This document shows positions 61,037 through 64,000 of a DNA stretch of 64,000 nucleotides, one piece after another (the stretch's first letter is position 1; every line of letters starts with the position of its first letter). The DNA comes from Macrostomum lignano (lineage: Eukaryota). Under the pieces are notes generated by a model. The model had not been told where the DNA came from and made no database searches. It worked only from the letters and a program-made list of their open reading frames with translations. The stretch lies in the NCBI GenBank assembly GCA_002269645.1, contig NIVC01002568.1:47112-111111 (forward strand). The letters are read 5' to 3'. The translations under genes and the position numbers were made by a program.

Positions 61037-63929
61037 TCAGCCTCCAGTTTTCATCTTCTGGTACATCCGCTTGAATTCATCGCCAAAGCGCTTCCTCAGC
61101 TCAGGCCGCCGGGCTTTGAAGGTGGGCGTCAACAAGCCGTTTTCTATGCTGAAGGCTTCCGGGTGCAGAACAATGTCTTTCGCCTGTTTTGGAACGGAAT
61201 TTTAAGGTTTTAATGTTTTTAGAAGAACTTGGCAGCTTGAGTCAAGGCAGCTGATACGAGTAAGCATTCACATGATAGCACCTTGGTTCAAAATTAATTC
61301 ACTGCAAAGCCTATCATAATTCACAACAAGCCGATCCCGCCTGGATTAGGGTTCAGAGCGGGTCCGCTATCGAGAGGCCTAATCAAGTGGCTAAAATTGC
61401 AGACGCTCTAACAGCCGCAGATTTCTGTGATAACAGCGGTATTTTGAAGGCTTTAATTGAAAAAGACGAAAAAGTGGCAACAGTTTCACACCTGTTCGAA
61501 CGACTTTAGACCAGCCGCCTTCCCCGCCGCCAGCATCTCCTGCATCACGGCCTGCTTGAATTCCTCGCTGCCGCAGGCGGCTGTCATAGCAACTTCAGGC
61601 GAGCCCGCCGAGTCCTCGCGATGGCGATGCGCCCAGGCCTGTGCCGCTTCGGCACTGGGCACTACCACTGCCAGCGCGCAGCTCTCCAGACTGTCACCGT
61701 CAACGTACACCTGCTGGATGGTAGGACAGGTAGCGTACACCTGCTCGATCTTCTCGGGCGCCAGGTACTCGCCTTGCGCCAGTTTGAAAAGGTGCTTCTT
61801 GCGGTCGATAATTCTCAGCAGCCCGCCGGGCAGCCACTCGCCGATGTCGCCCGTGTGCAGCCAGCCAGCGCTGTCGATGGCCTCAGCCGTCTTGTCCGGC
61901 TGGGCGAAGTAACCGCTGGTAACGTTTGGCCCCCGGACGCAGACCTCACCACGGCCGTCCCGAGAGAAATAGTCCATCTCAGGGACGTCCTGCGCGGCAG
62001 GAAGGGGTGCGCTAAACGATGAAAAAACGATGAATCTTGTACATGTAGAGTGTTGAGCGACTGAATACACAATCGCCGAAGTAAACTGTTGGGAAAAATA
62101 AATGTGCATGCCTCCAGTCCACTACCAGCAGCCCCACCCAGAACCCGGATACCTGCAGCATGACGGCATTCTGAAACAGAGGCACGCCCACGTGGCCGGT
62201 CGAGACGCAGGTCGGCGGAGTGCAGGTGGAGCCGCCGGTGGCCTCAGACTGGCCGTAGCCCTCCATGACGGGGCAGCCGAAGGCAGCTCGTGCGAACCGC
62301 ATGACGGACTCGGCGAGCGGCGCGGAACCCACAATGACGAGGCGGATGCGGCCCCCGGTGGGCTCGCGCACCTTGGAAAAGACCAGCGAGTCCCACATCG
62401 AGTTGTTGCGGATAACGCCGCGGTCAACCTCCTCTGTCTTCTTGCGCAGCGCCAGGTTGAAGATGAGCGACTTCAGGCAGCTGCCGGCCACGTTGGCGTG
62501 CGCCAGGTCGTAGATTCGGTTGAGCAGTCGCGGCACGGTGCAGAAGACGGTGGGCTGCAGCTCCCGCATGTCGGCTGTGAGGCCAGCGATTTCGCCGCGG
62601 AAGAAGCCGATCCGCATGCCCTGCATGAAGCAGAACAGCTGCATAATGCGCTCGAAGATGTGCGCCAGCGGCAGGTAGCTCAGGTACACGTCGTCGTGGT
62701 GAGGCACAGGTGCGTGCTGACAAAGGCAGTTTTTGCGCTATTTTGCTTTGAAGTCTCAGGCAATTTACGCTGGACCGCTTTGAATTCCAGTAGATAATGG
62801 AATTAAGATCAGATTTTAAGCTTGGTACAATTAGCGAATGGGCATCGGATTCCCTCCCGCAACAAGCTAAGCTGCAAGCAGGTTGGTCTGGGGACGGAAA
62901 TTCTTTCTCTACCCACTGATACTGCAATTGCTCCGGGATACAGATACTGATACTGATAACTCGTACTCGTACTAGCACTCATACTCATACTCATTCTCAT
63001 GCTCACCTGGCCTCCATGAGCCACCAAGAACTCGTGCATCCCGAGAACCTCTGCCACCAGATTTCCGTGTGTGATTTGCACTCCCTTCGGTGGGCCTGAG
63101 GGGTGATGTTAGTATGATAATTAAGTTCGTCTGAAGTTAATTTCAATCCTCGCTGCGAGGGGAATAAGAAATGACTCAAAAAATGATTTTTTGCCCTCTG
63201 ATATTCTTGCGCTGCACTATCTACTGAAGACACTGATGTTACATTGTTAGGTGATGATGTGCATGCGCGAGATGCCTCAAGGGCTTATGAATGAAGTCTT
63301 GCAATGGCTGCAGAGAACAGAATGCAAGGAATAACCGCAGTATTCGTGGGACTTGAATTTGAAACTATCCTCTGGGAGCAGCAGAAAAGCCAATAGACAG
63401 CTTCCTTTGCAATTAAGTACGGTCAGTTAATCATACTTTGATCGTTTTTCCGCCCACCTGTAGTTCCGCTGGTGTAGCAGAGAACAGCCAGGTCGGCCCT
63501 GCCCACCGGCTGCTCCTGCTGCTTTCCAGCCTGTGCCAGCCGCTCTTCCAGCTCTCGGCCGGTGCTCAGCACGTCCGACCAGCTCCAGACCTTGGGGCCT
63601 TCCGCGACTTCACTGTTGGCCACCTCGGCGAAGTCCAGCTGAATCAGGTGCTGGATCTGAGCGCCCGACTTGAGCCGAGTCAGTCCGGCTGCTTGAGCCC
63701 GGCCCTCGCACAGCATGACGGCCGCGCCAGTCTGCTTCAGCACGTAGTCGCAGGCCTCGTCGCCGAGCGTGTCATACAGTGGCACCGGCACGAGGCCCGT
63801 CATGAAGCAGCCGAGCTCCAGCGTCACCCACTCGGTCCGGTTCTTCGACCAGATTGCCACGAAAGCGCCGCGTCGAAGATGCAGCTGCCCGGTGAGGAAG
63901 TGGCTCACGCAGCGGGCCTGCTGCAGCAC
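61037..63929 (-). CDS. ACSL1: Long-chain fatty acyl-CoA synthetase (ACSL1/5/6-like), 5'-partial; exons 63929-63458, 63095-63007, 62716-62153, 61989-61492, 61183-61037
   Basis: YTSGTTGPPKGV (joined across an intron), YLPLAHIFER, EGYGQSE, GWLHTGDIG, IIDRKKHLFKLAQGEY, NGLLTPTFK. All junctions are in frame. Paralog identity is uncertain. Confidence 0.92.
62941..63006 (-). repeat. Degenerate hexamer ladder beginning at an ACSL splice donor
   Basis: GTGAGC ATGAGA ATGAGT ATGAGT ATGAGT GCTAGT ACGAGT ACGAGT TATCAGT ATCAGT ATCTGT. Confidence 0.8.
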
Positions 63930-64000
63930 CTGTAACCGGTGGGTAAACGGCTAAAGTTGCTAAAGTGGGTAAAGTTGCTGGGGACTGACAAAACTTCCTT

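Overview
Eukaryotic (metazoan) genomic DNA with GC-rich spliced exons in AT-rich, transposon-dense intergenic sequence. The style suggests a free-living flatworm such as Macrostomum, but that is unverified inference. Host genes reconstructed from GT-AG junctions that keep frame: NRAMP/SLC11 transporter (+), PAQR3-like (-), intronless clan-2 cytochrome P450 with TATA+Inr (-), calmodulin-like EF-hand gene (-), SSUH2-like (+), ZER1/ZYG11-like (-), a gene joining about 15 ankyrin repeats to two tandem STE-type kinase domains (+), and the 3' part of a long-chain acyl-CoA synthetase (-). Mobile DNA: two Ty3/Gypsy remnants, a Penelope-like element with a minimal hammerhead-like motif, an Ngaro/DIRS tyrosine-recombinase retroelement, a tRNA-derived SINE, and many non-autonomous TIR elements with target-site duplications, including a nested hAT/palindrome/MULE structure. 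There are many minisatellites and a 1.25-kb perfect (GATA)n. Most notable: the ANK-kinase-kinase architecture, and intron-edge tandem repeats that multiply splice donors or acceptors in three genes. All calls were read by eye; no database searches were run.
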